From Phoronis australis (Eukaryota > Animalia > Phoronida), in assembly GCA_002633005.1 (NCBI GenBank), contig NMRA01000029.1, forward strand, positions 698,956 to 762,955: a stretch of DNA of 64,000 nt, given 5' to 3'. Position numbers and translations under genes: made by a program. The stretch's first letter is position 1; every line of letters starts with the position of its first letter. This document shows, piece after piece, positions 13,601 to 27,089 of this stretch. The notes under the pieces were generated by a model, which did no database searches, was not told the DNA's origin, and saw only the letters and a list, made by a program, of their open reading frames with translations.

Positions 13601-16600
13601 AGACCAATTTTGGCCATTATTTGTGTTCGAAATGTGCAAGATTTTACCGTATTTCTATTGTGGAACAAGATAATGTGTGAATATGTTGGCGATCACTTCC
13701 TATTGCATTGAAAGACACTTAATATGAAGGACGGCAGTCTGTAGCCATGTTTTAGTCATTTCTTGTGATTGTGGGAGTTTTACTTTTAATCACTTTCGGT
13801 CAAATATTGGTAGGCAAGTAACTGATGGAAAACTCTTTGAAGAGATTTTTAAGCAATGCTTTATTTAGACATTCTGGAAGTGAAATTGGAAGCTAAGCTT
13901 AATGCAAATCTCAGGAATTTAATATGTAATATTACAGAGTTAAGGTACAGATACTCAATAAAATGTTTATGTAATTGTAGTGTTAGTTGCTAGAGGATGA
14001 GTTAAGCAGCAGATTGTCATTTTGAAGAGGTCCCATCCACTGTAACATTGAAATGGACACCAGTTTCAATAGCATAGCTATTGCCAGTCAAGTTGGAACA
14101 AAAAAATGTCCGACCGTGCACCCTAGTTTTGATAAATGCGCACGCACACTCATATCATAAACTGACTGTTTGTTCGACAACACTATCACCGTCTGCCCTG
14201 ATATTCACCAGTTATACATTTTCACTTAACATTAATCGATCATTGTAACTGTAATAATTAACTCAAATTTTAATCCTAAATCTCTTGGTTATTTTGTTGA
14301 CTCTTTGTTGCCTTAATCCTTGCTTGTAAATGCAATTATCACGCGTTAACTGCAATTAGCGGTCTACTTTACAGCAGAGCTGACATAATTTACAAGACCT
14401 TACATTATGAAAAAAGAAATATTCTACTTCTGAGAATGCGTATGCATTCACGCACGCACGCACACAAACACACATAAAGATTACATAACGTCAAATTAAG
14501 TAGGTGACAATCTGCTCACAGTAATTAGTGAACAAAAAAAATATGTGTAAGAAATCTGGTAAGTATAAATCATGATAAAACAACAATAAGACATAGATCC
14601 CGGAAGCTGATGGAGTAATATAATATATATTACACATACAAACTTGGGTTATGGTGGGAGGGTTTGTTGACAAGTTGATGGAAGATTATTGCATTGACCA
14701 GAAAATGTGGACATTTGCAAAATGTAGAGACAACCCTAGTTCATAATATCAGATCAATAAGAAATGGACATGATATCAGGTTATGAGCACTACAGTTGAA
14801 CAATGTTTGTAATCTCTGATTATTTAGTCAGGATGTGTAAACTGGTTTTCTTGTGGTTCGATAACGTAATGGTAACAATTGACTTCATGCAAGTTTGTAC
14901 AAATTAATGAAAACACTTCAAAACTTAATGATAAGGGTTACATTCAAATATGACTTGTTGCGCAAGAAATAAAAGTAATATAATGATAAAGTGATTGGTA
15001 AAAGTCAAAAGTATGAGAATATAGTGTGAAACACGTCAATTCATCCATCTGGTGAACTGCTTCTTATGGTTTTCGCATTAATTTAAAGCCACATACATTC
15101 ATGTGTTCAAAGCCTCTAATAGCTGGAGAGAAATTGTCGGGTTTTAAAAATGGTGAGAATTAGCTTTTCTGAATTGGGACTAAGACTTTATGATGATTAT
15201 TGTTTAAAATCTTTCTTCAAACTAATCGCTTCCTTGATTTTGCTAGTTACGTTACGTTGAAGGAACGTGTAGTTGTAAGTACATGGACTTTGATCATGTT
15301 GCTGTGGGTGGCTTCAAATGTTGCGTAATGTTCCTAGATCACCCATTGTCCAACAGGTGGTTGATGTTCACATTTGGTTGCCATTCAACACATATATCTC
15401 CTGTTGGCCAAATCACTTTGTTGTCTTCAGCTAGTACTGGGAACATCCTTGCTCTGTTTTGTTGTCTTGTCCCTGGCCGTCTTAATGGGATGACCTTGTG
15501 GTCGGTTGGCTGAGTGGACTGCCTGGATTCACTTGTGCGATGAGTAGGCAGTAGGTTGCAAAACAAGGCCATGCTCCTAAATTCGAACTGTCGGAGATGG
15601 CTGTCAAATAGACGAGATATCATCCACTCCGTGGTGTCGTGTGAGCTGCTTTGTCTGCAGCAGAAACCACAAGGTTCTGGTTGGTCATCTGGAATAAAGG
15701 TTAAGTTGTGTACTGTTGTAAATTTGTTCACCGAGAGCATTAATTTTTTAATGTGAGAGTTCTTCCGTTATCCAGATTTTACCAGTATTTTTTAATTAAT
15801 CCCATATAGCATTTGCACATTCAAGTACTTGAGTAACCCTAAATGGGATAAGGTTGTTCGTCCCTTGGTTAATGTTGTATCTTGGTGTTAATTGTATTCT
15901 TATTCAACTCCTTGTTGGTGGATCGTTGTTTTACAATTGTGGAAATTTGTTCTGTTCACGGAACAACCCATGCATATCTTTGGTATGACTCTCTATCTAT
16001 TAATTTTGAACCTTATGGAAACTAAACTCATTCATACGCCATACGTTCCGAGATGGTTTTTAATGTAAAGAATGAAGAAAATACATTAAATCAGTTGGAA
16101 CAGAATGCTTGTATTGTCAAACTAATAAAAATATAACAAAATTTTAACAAATCTTAATGACACCGAAGCTTCAGAGCCTATGGGAAAGGCCTTAAAGATC
16201 ACCACTAACTTACCTGGTAGAGGTATATCAATTTCTATGACTTCTAAGGAAATGAAATCCATAAAATGTCCTTGAAAGGCAGGATACCCTGAAATGATTA
16301 AACGTTTATTGCTTATCACATCAAAACAACTTTGTCACATTGTTACACATTATTTTCTGCTTTTTTCAATTTGTTGTCTGATATTTATGTTAGGTAAAAA
16401 TTAACCAAGCCTGTTCGTTCAAGTCTAGATCTTTCCGCTTTGTTTATATTTACAACTGCAGGTACCATTGCTCCTACTGTCTTGATTTAGAACATGATTG
16501 TGGAATGTTATAAATAAGTGAAGTTGTTATAATTCTTTTAGAAAAGACTCATGGTTGTTGATGAGTCTGTTTCAGACGTCTTGTGTTGGTGCAGACTTCT

Positions 16601-19600
16601 CAATGTTTCAATCGTCAATGCTCTTGGTAAAGTTTGAGACATCTGCACACATGTTTAGTTGTCTTGAGTTTCCCCTTAGTTTCAGTGGTAGTGACCTGAG
16701 ACAATTTGGGTACATTTGTTTACCCTGTTAGGTAAGGAAGGTGTGTGCTAACTTGACTTTCGGCTACAGAGCCAAACAGCACTCAGCTTCCTGTGACTGT
16801 AGTTTTATTTTTCTTAACAGTTACATTTCATGAACATTTGTAAAACTAATCTTTATATAGAACTGTTTTGACCTCTAGATTGTAATGTGAAAGATGTATA
16901 TTTACCTTAAAGTTTGCGGTGATTCAAATCACTACAGCACCCAATGGTAGCCATTACTTTTTTACAAAATGTGTTACTTGAGCTTACTATTGACAAAAAA
17001 TTTAGTTCAGGTTGTGATGTGAAAGCATTAAGGCAACCTTGAAACTTCTGTAGCATTTTGTGGTTGATCATTTTCCCCTTAAGTAGACCTTTTCTACTTT
17101 TTCATTTCTTGATAGAAAGTGGTTGACGTCTTCATTGAGCACCATGTCTGCCATGGTACTACCTGTTTCGACACATCACTGCGTCAAACTCGAATCTTAC
17201 CGTAATGTGTTTGGCAGACCTATGAGATGAGTTTGAAGTGTTTTGAGATGACATGAGGACATTTTGGACTTATGGCACCTGAGTTCATTATGTATTTACT
17301 AGACTTCACACATACACACACGCATACAAAGACTCCATCAGGCCACAGTTTGGACATGGACTTTTGAACACGTATATGAACTTTGCTGTTCTAGTCAGAT
17401 TTGAATTTCCTGCTATGGATCATGAAAGTAGGTCACTCAGGTCATCTTTGCTCAGATTACTCCCTCAAATTTTTCATTGGCTAAGGATGATGTTGAAAAG
17501 ATTTTAGAGGCCATTCCCTCGCCATCGAATCAGAGCCTCTGATGGGTCTTATACAGAATGGGCAGTTTGATTGTGAGGTTTGTAGACTAACTTTGTTGAG
17601 AAATCGCTGTCATTCAGAACTGTACCTTAAGAGTCATGCTTGATGAACAGTAATATCAAAATGGAAATGAAGCAAAATTAGGCTTGTTAGGCTTGATTTG
17701 ATAACTATAACTCTCGATCAAAACTTAGTCGCACAGGCAGCTGGAAATTCTCAGTACAAACTGTTAATTGCGGCTAGCCTTAAGGTCGCAAGCTCTACGT
17801 AATAGAATGCATAGGTCACTCATGAATCTACGCAGCAGCCGTCTTGGACAGTCAGCATGCTATTTTGGACAGGTTCAACGAGGCTGCCAGATCAAAAAGT
17901 CAGGCGAAATTGCTTGAAATGATAGCCATTTTCTCAATATTATCAGCTGGTTGGCCATTGCCCAAATAAATAGGCCATCAGTCATTTCAGAAATAAGAAA
18001 TTTGTTTCGAAAAAGTACTTTCTTATCGCATTCTTCCTTATTCCGTATGCCCCGTGACATGGATCAGTGTTACTGGCAGCCTATGGAAATGACTTCAACT
18101 ACATTTAGACCAATACTATTGGTTTGTTTTGGTGCATTTCTTATTGTTACTGGCCAATTGAATTTGAGCTCCTCCCATTGGCTTTATTGGGGTTTCTTTG
18201 TCTTATCCAATATTTATGGTTACACCCTGCGTAAAGCTTTTCACTTAGTCTGTATCGCCCGACATTTGCGGTTTCATGGGAGTGATTCCAGGATTTTGCA
18301 CAGCCAGTGTCATCTGCGGTTTCCCTCATGGTGGACATGCGAATTCTTCATAAAGTCATGTCATCTGCTGCGCAAAGGCCTAACAGACTCGACGATTATT
18401 TTACAAACCAAGAGATGTTCTAGATACAAACGTTGAGTCAGATGCTGGTAGGATAAATAATCCAGCTACAGATCCGAATTGTGGTGGTAACGTGGCCAAC
18501 CCACGAAATGCAAATACCTGTGCAATGAATGGTGAGCCTTTCAATCAAAGTACCGAATTTTTGGCGACAGCATTCGACATCGGCATTTTTACAGTGTGTT
18601 CCAAACTTGAGAATAGATGGTATTTAAAAAGAAGAACAGATTTGTAGCAATCATGAAAATGGCATAGTTACTAACGTTTGACTACCGGGCTGTAAATGTA
18701 TTTATAGAAATTGGTTTCAACTTGTTTAACCCTGTCCAAGTAATTGGAAACGTACATGAAGTGGTTAGTTTGGTTTACCTAATTGGATATTCAAGATTTT
18801 GTATGTTGTGCAATTTCTGCAAGAATTCTCAGGTCTAGTAGTTTTGGATGTACTGAGTCTTGTTGAATTTAGGCAAACATTAGGGACCGTCAACACTCAC
18901 GTGAACTTTCGTGTTGGGCCAATTTTTTTTTGAAATTTGGACTCCTACTTTTGAAATCCTGGATGAACTCCTGAGGTCACGTGCTTGAATTGGCATTTCA
19001 GGGCCATTGTTCTATGGTAAAACAGCAATGAATTCTTAGTTTAAGCAATGTGTACAAAGTACATAGCTTAATCTTTGATACCTACCACCACCAGTCTGAG
19101 ATTGCCATCCACTGTCTCCATCATCTGAAAAAAGTCAGCAGTTTATTGAATGCACCGAAGAAATCGTCTGTTTTTGTTGTGTTTTCATGTTCAGAATGGC
19201 GTGGCAGGATGGATAGAGGGGCGATGTGTGCAAAATTCAACAATGCAAGAGATCTTTAGTAGGGATACTGCGCACATTGCTGAAAACTTTCAGTGTGAGA
19301 TTCACACACCTCATTATCCATACTTTACCACTTCACTTTGTGCAACAAGTCGTAAACTAAGGTTGTGCTCAGATTATGTGTATGGCGTAACCCAGGTTTC
19401 TTCTAAAATGATCATTAAAGGGCTCACAACATGTGTCATAAAATGTAGACTTATTCAAAATGTCCAAAATCAAAGTTGCTAGTGAGGTGTGTTTTTTCCA
19501 ATTTCTATCCACGGGTTAAACTTATATGACAAGGATGACTAACAATTTCAAAATGAAAAGTTTTGCCATTATAATCTCAGCAGCTAGGTAAATAATTATG

Positions 19601-21482
19601 TAATTAGTCTTGTGACAGACTGGTTGAGGGGACATTGAAGTTTATAGCTGATTGAACTTTGCTGTTCATGTTGACAGGGTAGCGGGCTTACTCAATGAGG
19701 ATTGTGACCTTAAGATATTGTACCATGGCCATTTTTGTTATCCCTATTATTTAAAACATCTACACTATTTGATAGTTTCAGGCAAAGTATATTGTTTTGG
19801 TGTAAGACACCATTACAAAGCCGCGCCTTCATTTTTATTTTGTGGTGAACTGCAACTTCCGGTATTTGGACAATTGTGGGATCATTCAATCATTCAGGTC
19901 CTCTGGCCTAGGTTAGTTTTTCAAAGATTGATGCCTGTTTGCTTTAAAACAAAGAGTAATATAAAGAACATCAATACCTCGAATACTTTGTGTTGTCTTG
20001 TTTGAATTCTTCGAATCTTCAGTAAGTTTACAATCGTGCAGCAAATGTCCAATGTACGCCATTTTATCTGACGTCATTAGGCATACGACCTTGACCCTGA
20101 TAGAGACCCTGCAGGTCTGGGGTCACCGGGCTGAAAAGTCCTTCAGGGACTTCCTTTATTTTGTATTTATCGTTTTTTATGTAACATCATGTGAACACAC
20201 TACTACTACCATTCATTAACTGTGTTGTTTAGACAGATTCTATTACGGAAACTGCTGAATTATTGGGGAACGCCATTGAAATCTCACCATGACAGTCACA
20301 TTAGATAAACACTGGAGTCAGTACACATATAAAAAAGCCATCTCAACTGGTGTACCTGTGTGTGATGTTTATTTGGTAATACAAAGACGTAAAAGTCTTA
20401 AAATTTTGAGTACCATTATTCCTCAGTGTCAAGCACATCTTTGCTGAGCTTGTGAACCTGCGTGCTGATCTGATCAGAGACCAACATTTGGAAGTTATTT
20501 ACTAATAGAGTTTTCGCTTTTTTCCCCATTCCCAGTTGTAAAATGTAGTACTCTTTTCAGTGGGGAAAGTTGATATACACTTTTGAGAACTAACAATTCA
20601 TACCACAAGAGTATACAAAGCAAAGCACGGTTCAAAGGTTATAAGCTTGGAAAAACAACCAAAAGTAATTCAAGCTGTTAAATCTGTAAATACTTTACAA
20701 AAGTCAATTCTCTTAGCCTTAACTTCATCCACCAGGCATTCAAGAAATTTCTGAAAGTAAAATGTATGCCACTGTCCAACAGTTAGCTCAACATAACTTC
20801 CATTGTAAGGTACCCATCTACGTTGTAAAGTCAGTTCTGAACAAAGCATTTAAGTCCAATATGGTTAATTGCATTTGCATGTAATTATCGTCTCTGGCCT
20901 TTGACTTTAAGGGTAGCGGAGCATGCCATTGTTGAACACTGGAGTCCTTCCACAAGTCGGAATCATTTTGCCTAACCGAAGTGGCTGCAAGAACTCTTTT
21001 CTTTTCATCTGACTAACTGACTGATTTGTGTAAAAAGTTTTACACTTTGCGCATTCCAGTGTTCTATCATATGACATTTGTGTTAAATTGTAATTCTCTT
21101 CAATAATGGCTTGCCACAGAATACTTTATTAGTAACTGTCTCTTAAAAATTTTATCCAATTAGGGAAGACAAGCATGATTTGTTACAGTGTTCCTGGAAT
21201 GCCTGTTGAGATGAAAGCATACTAGACTAAGTTATCGTCTAGCACAGTCTTCAACAATATTGTGCTGTAACTTTGGGTTTTTGAAAGCTATTTTATTAAA
21301 AACTTTTTGCTCTATATTCTGCTTCATTCTTGATCAAAATTTTGTTACACAGCCGTCAAAGCCGACCTCTACATTTCATCGGTAAACTATGTTTGGCGGT
21401 TCGTTTACCATGTTTTTACGGTGAAAAGGAGTCCGTGACTGTATTATGGAGTGAATGGGTCATGATTTGTGAGTCTGATCCC

Positions 21483-21560
21483 GTGTGTGTGTGTGTGTGT
21501 GTGTGTGTNNNNNNNNNNNNNNNNNNNNNNNNNNNNNNNNNNNNNNNNNNNNNNNNNNNN
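21483..21560. repeat. (GT)n microsatellite running into an assembly gap
   Basis: gtgtgt... directly followed by an N run. Confidence 0.95.
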
Positions 21561-22384
21561 AATTGTCACCATGTGTGGGAGTCTGTTGACAGTGTTGCTT
21601 TGGTACTTTGATATTCTCAAGCATATAATGATACAGCTGATCATGAGATGTACCACTTGCTTTGAAAGACGGGTCTTGTCTTTCATGTATTCACGTGTGT
21701 GTAGGAGTTATTGATAAGACTTGCTGTAGTTGAAATCATGTCCACAGTTAAGTCTTAACCAGATTACAAAAAAAAATATTCATTTTTGAACTCTGTAGTT
21801 CATATTTGTATGAAAACCTCTTTCAAACACAACTCTGTGTTACGGTTTTACGCGAGTTTATTCCAGAGATCTACAAGATACATCTATTCACTATGCTGTC
21901 TAACTCTCAACTGAAAACTTGTTTGTCAGAACTAAAGATCATATGCTCATGATCAGTCATAACCAGATTTCAGAGAATTGTTTTGCACAACTTACACAAT
22001 CTATGATTCTAGCTATCAGTGCCATTTAAGGTTATGTTTTGAACTTTGTAAACTTAATGAAAACCACGAACATAAAAATATTGAACATCAGTCTATTCGC
22101 CATCTGAGACGACGCCTTCTAACCAGTGTCCATCTGGTGGTTACGATGTCTTCTAACCAATGTCCATCTGGTGGTTACGGTTCTCTGAGATCCAGCCATA
22201 TTCTGGAATTACCCTGTTGTCAGTTGCTTGTGCTGCCTGGGTCAGTACTTGTCTGACTGCTACTCGATGATTTGGTGGTACCACCTCGCTATCTGTCGGC
22301 ATTGAAGGTTGTCGGGTCATGAGGTTGTTGTCGTGTCGTCGATTTTGTGGTGGCCAAACTGGGTCATGAAATGAAGAAGGAAGT

Positions 22385-22612
22385 TAGAATCACTCTAAAT
22401 TCCAGTGAGATTCTCACTAAAAGAACCATTTGAGTGAAAAATGCAAGTGAGAATCCAGTGAGAAATAGAAGAAGTCGGTCGTTGGAAAAAAAGTGGGAAT
22501 TCAGTGAGAATTTTTGACTTAGACAAATTGCGAGTGAGAATCTTGTGAGAATTTCAGAGTTCGATAATTTCTGAGTGAGAATTTGGACTAGGAAAATTTT
22601 TTTTCACAAGGG
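22385..22612. mobile_element. One end of a CMC/EnSpm-like element with gtgagaat subterminal repeats
   Basis: Multiple gtgagaat/gtgagatt motifs ending in ttttttttcacaaggg (GGG terminus); partner end not found. Confidence 0.4.
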
Positions 22613-24939
22613 CATGCTTTTCTGCACTAATGTATCCCTGGACATAATGGGGGAACAGACATTTCCTCTGTACACTATTGTCTAAATCCAAAGTCCGGCT
22701 TTTTGATTTTGTATGGTTGACAACTATGCATTTGATGGCGCCTTAGAAACATAGCATGCATTTGCATGGTTCAGAATGGCTGTGGTACAGACATGAAGCT
22801 TCCGTGACCATCCTGATTGTTCCTTACACCAATACTGATATAGTTCAGTTTCATCATCTTATTAGAAAGCAGATCTGTTACCTGTTGCTTAAGTACTCAT
22901 AGAATGTTTGTGATGAGCCCAGTGGTAACGTACTGCCAGACATACCTTGGTGAGTAGTACTGTTAAGTGGCATAACCTCTGAATGTCTTTTCACTTTTAG
23001 TGATTTCAGGATGTTGGCTCAAAGTCTACCTTGATCACACAGTTAAGTTAATGACATCATGGCCCTGTTTCTTGAAAAAATGACTGAGACTTAAGCCAGA
23101 AATTTGGTCTTGGACTCTACTCGACTATTTATGAAAAATGGTTAAATCGCAGTTAAGCAAAATTACAGTCTCTGAAAATGTATGCATAACTTTTAGTTAC
23201 TAAGATAATTTTTATAAATTATTTCTAGACTGTGATGTGCTCGGAATTACTTTGCTAAAGCTGAACTCAGTAATTGTGTAGTAAGAACACCAGACCAAAT
23301 TCTGTCTCAACCTTCTTAAGTCACTTTTCATTAATTGAATGCCATAGCTCTTGTCAATTAAAAAATGAAAAAGGAACTCACCCAGAAAATTACCATTGCT
23401 TGTGCTGTTTGCTGGATTCAAGATGTTGGCAGTTTGTGTGAAGCCAGTAGCTGAAATGATTATCAAATGCTGTGCATTATTGTTGGGGTAAAATTGCACC
23501 AATTTACTGTTATGAAGAACCTTATCAATATGTCCAGCTGTACATTCAGCCAAACATCTGCAAAACTATAGAATTTAACTCAATAAAAGTTTTATTTTCT
23601 GAAAGTATAAGCTCTGTGGAATTTGATTTTTGACTTAATACCAATCTGCCACTAATTAGGTTACACAACTTGCTTTTCAGGAAGATTTTTCAGAAAAGAA
23701 AGATACATTCATAGAAAAACAACAAAATCAATAACACGACCAAATTTTGTATCGGTGTTCAACATAAAATCTCAAAAACAGTTTTCAGTTTTCTTAACTA
23801 TCGTTTTGATTTCATTTACTGCAGCTTTAACTAAATTTTTTATAAGAATCATGTAAGTGCTTGTTTTTGATAACCCCTTATGCAGAAGTGGAAAATTTAA
23901 ATAAAAAATCCCAATTCCGTTTTGCAGACCTGTATCAACTATTTTTAAGACATGTTTTTATGCGCCCACATATTTATATTTGGACGCATTATGCCGTCAT
24001 CTTTTTCTGCCCGTCTGTCCGAGCAGCGTCCTTCCGGCGTCTGCTGCTTAATCTCCAAAACCGGTTGATGTATGTTCATGAAATTTTGCACATGTGTTCC
24101 TTTCATGGATGGGACGGCATGAGCAAAGTTTCGGATGGATCCAACTACCAATGTGTCCCCTAGTGGCAATTTTAGTTTTTTACGTTTACCTTCTTATCTT
24201 CAAAGGTCCTCAACATATTTTCTCAAAATTTGGTATATAGGCATTTATTAGTGAGTCAACGGTATCCTCCCGTTTGCGGATGGATTTGATGTAGTTTGCG
24301 CCACCTAGTGGCCATTTTTACTGTTTTCAAATCTTTTTAGCATCCACCCCTCTATCAACCAAACCGCTATAAGCATGATTGTGAAAATTGGCATGTATGT
24401 TCTTACTATGAACAGGACGGTTGATGGTAATTTTCCTACTTGGACTACTGTTGCACCTCCTAATGGCATTCTTTTGCACCTATGGCTATATCTCCTAAAC
24501 CGTTTGCAGGATCTTTACTAAATTTAGTAATTGCATTTATATGATGATGACAACTGACAACAACGACTTTCGAACAGATCTGACAACTGGTGTGCCACCT
24601 AGTGGCAATTTTATTTTTTTTAGGTTTACCTCTATCTTCAAATGTTCAACATAATTTTATAAAATTTGGTGTACAGGCTTCTGTTAGTAAGGTGACGCTA
24701 TATTTCTGATATTAGATGGATTCAACAAGTTTGTGCCACCTAGTGGCCATATTTAGTGTTTTTGAGTCTGTTTTTTGGCATCCACCCCTCTATCAACCAA
24801 ACCCGTTACACGATAATTGTGAAAATTGGCATGAATGTCTTTACTATGATGTGGACGGGTGACAATGATTTTCTGACGACTTTGACTACTGTGGCACCTC
24901 CTAGTGGCAGTTTTGTTTTTTTTTTTGCCTATGGCTATG

Positions 24940-26761
24940 CCCGGGTGAGAATTTGACACGTTTGACATGCTCTAAAAACGTGGAGTATTGGAACGCTCTA
25001 AAAACGTGTCGAACGTGTAAAACGTGGCGTGTCAAACGTGTAAAATGTAGCGTGTCAAGAACGTGTCAAAAACGTGTAATTTTCGTTCCAATACTCCACG
25101 TTTGACACGCTTAGCGTGTCAAACGTGGCGATAAGCGTGTAAAACGTGGCGATAGCGTGTCGAACGTGGCGTGCCAAAACGTGGCAAAAACGTGGCACTT
25201 TTGACACGCTAGCGTGTCGAACGTGGCGATAAGCGTGTAAAACGTGGCGATAGCGTGTCGAACGTGGCGTGCCAAAACGTGGCAAAAACGTGGCACTTTT
25301 GACACCCTAGCGTGTCAAACGTGGCGCTTTTGACACGCTAGCCTGTAATCTGTGTCATTGCCATGGTAGCGACCCTACATTTAGCCTGAGGCCGTGTACA
25401 AGCCATAATGTTCTTGTTTATAGCAGCTCACCATCCACCATGGGAATCCATACTGAAAGCAAATGTATAAAGGGATTTCTTCTTTAAGTTACAGTTTATT
25501 GTTACTGTTGATGTAAATAATCCAAAATGTGATAATGATATAGAATCATTAAAAGGATAATGTAACTATCCAACTCTTACCACATACTGTTGTCACTAAA
25601 TTTCATTTCATCTAGAATAACATTAACACAGAAATAAGAAAATGGTTCAACATACAAATTTGAAGTGCTTAAGCTGCTATATATATGCATATAAGTCTAA
25701 GCTTTTGAGTCAGGCCAGTTGCTTGAAAACAGTTTATGAAGTAAAGAACAGACGCACTTTGTAACATCTTTGAATTACCAAGAGTGATTCAACATTTGTC
25801 ATAACATTGAGTTCATGTTGATTTTGCAGCCCAAACCTCTAAACACAATGTCTTATCCTCATTCAAGCTGACACAAAATGTGAGTTGATCCAATAACAAC
25901 AATATTATGAATTGATATACTACTGAAGATGAGAGGCGTTCCAACTTCATATATTAACTGCGTAGTCAACAGTTTCTACTGACTCTTGTTTTCTGTTACA
26001 ATCAAACTTACCTGTAAAAAGAAGGACCATTTGCAAGAAAAGTTTATCAAGCCACTGTCAACCAGAGTATATACATACTAAACTTCTGTTAGAGCTGCAC
26101 CACACTCGAAAACCATACTTCATAAGTGCTCTCCTGAGAGGACTGCACTCTCTGACAGCTAAACCAACTCTAACTCAGTATTTGGATATTTCAATAGGCA
26201 GTGAAAACTTTTGTTGCAAACTCTTTGATGTTATTGAGGGAACATGTTTAATCATTCAAATTGGGTGATTACCTCCCAGTGTCCTTTTCAGAACTGCCAA
26301 GCCTATTTAAATTGTATCTTTATGGAAGAGTTCTATCATATTTTACACGCTAGCGTGTCAAAATTTTACACGTTCGACACGCTAGCGTGTCAAAATTTTA
26401 CACGCTTGACACCATAGCGTGTCACATTTTACACGTTTGATATGCTAGCGTGTCAAACTTTACACGTTTGACACGCTAACGTGGCAAATTTTACACGTTT
26501 GACACGCTAACGTGGCAAATTTTACACGTTTGACACGCTAACGTGGCAAATTTTACACGTTTGACACGCTAACGTGGCAATTTTTACACGTTTGACACGC
26601 TAACGTGGCAAATTTTACACGTTTGACACGCTAGCGTGTCATGTTTTTACACGTTTTACACGTTAACGTGGCAATTTTGACACGTATTACACGTTTTTTT
26701 ACACGTCTGACACGTTTGACAAGCTCAAAAGCATGTCAAACGTGTAAAATTCTCACCCGGG
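24940..26761. mobile_element. Non-autonomous CMC/EnSpm (CACTA-type) element
   Basis: TIRs cccgggtgagaattt(g/t)acacgtttgacatgc at both ends, and a 2-bp TSD TG (compare the uninterrupted host unit ggctatatctcctaaa at ~24485). Inverted subterminal arrays of acacgtttgacacg-type repeats at 24955-25340 and 26341-26750. Confidence 0.85.
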
Positions 26762-27089
26762 TGTCTCCTAAACCGTTTGCAGGACCTTAAGAATTGTGAT
26801 TATATGATGTTGACTACGAATGACGACGATTTTCGAATCTGACTACTGGTGTGCCACCCGGTGGCAATTTTAGTTTTACGTTTCCCTCTGTATCTTCAAA
26901 GGTCCTCAACTGATTTTCATAAGATTTCGAATAATTTGGACCGCTGTTGGTAAGATGACGCTATCCTTCCGTTTTTGGATGTATTCAAGGTATTTTGCGC
27001 CACCTCTAAGTTGCCATTTTTGCTGTTCTTGATGCCTACCACTCTATCAACCAAATGGTTCTAAGGATTGTTTTGAAAATTGGTGTATA

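Noticed and set aside
15280-15960. Decayed RTE-like LINE 3' region
   Set aside because: Only faint resemblance; no diagnostic motif could be reconstructed.
25055-25305. Repetitive ORFs (RHVRHA / ATFDTL)
   Set aside because: Translations of the EnSpm subterminal repeats.
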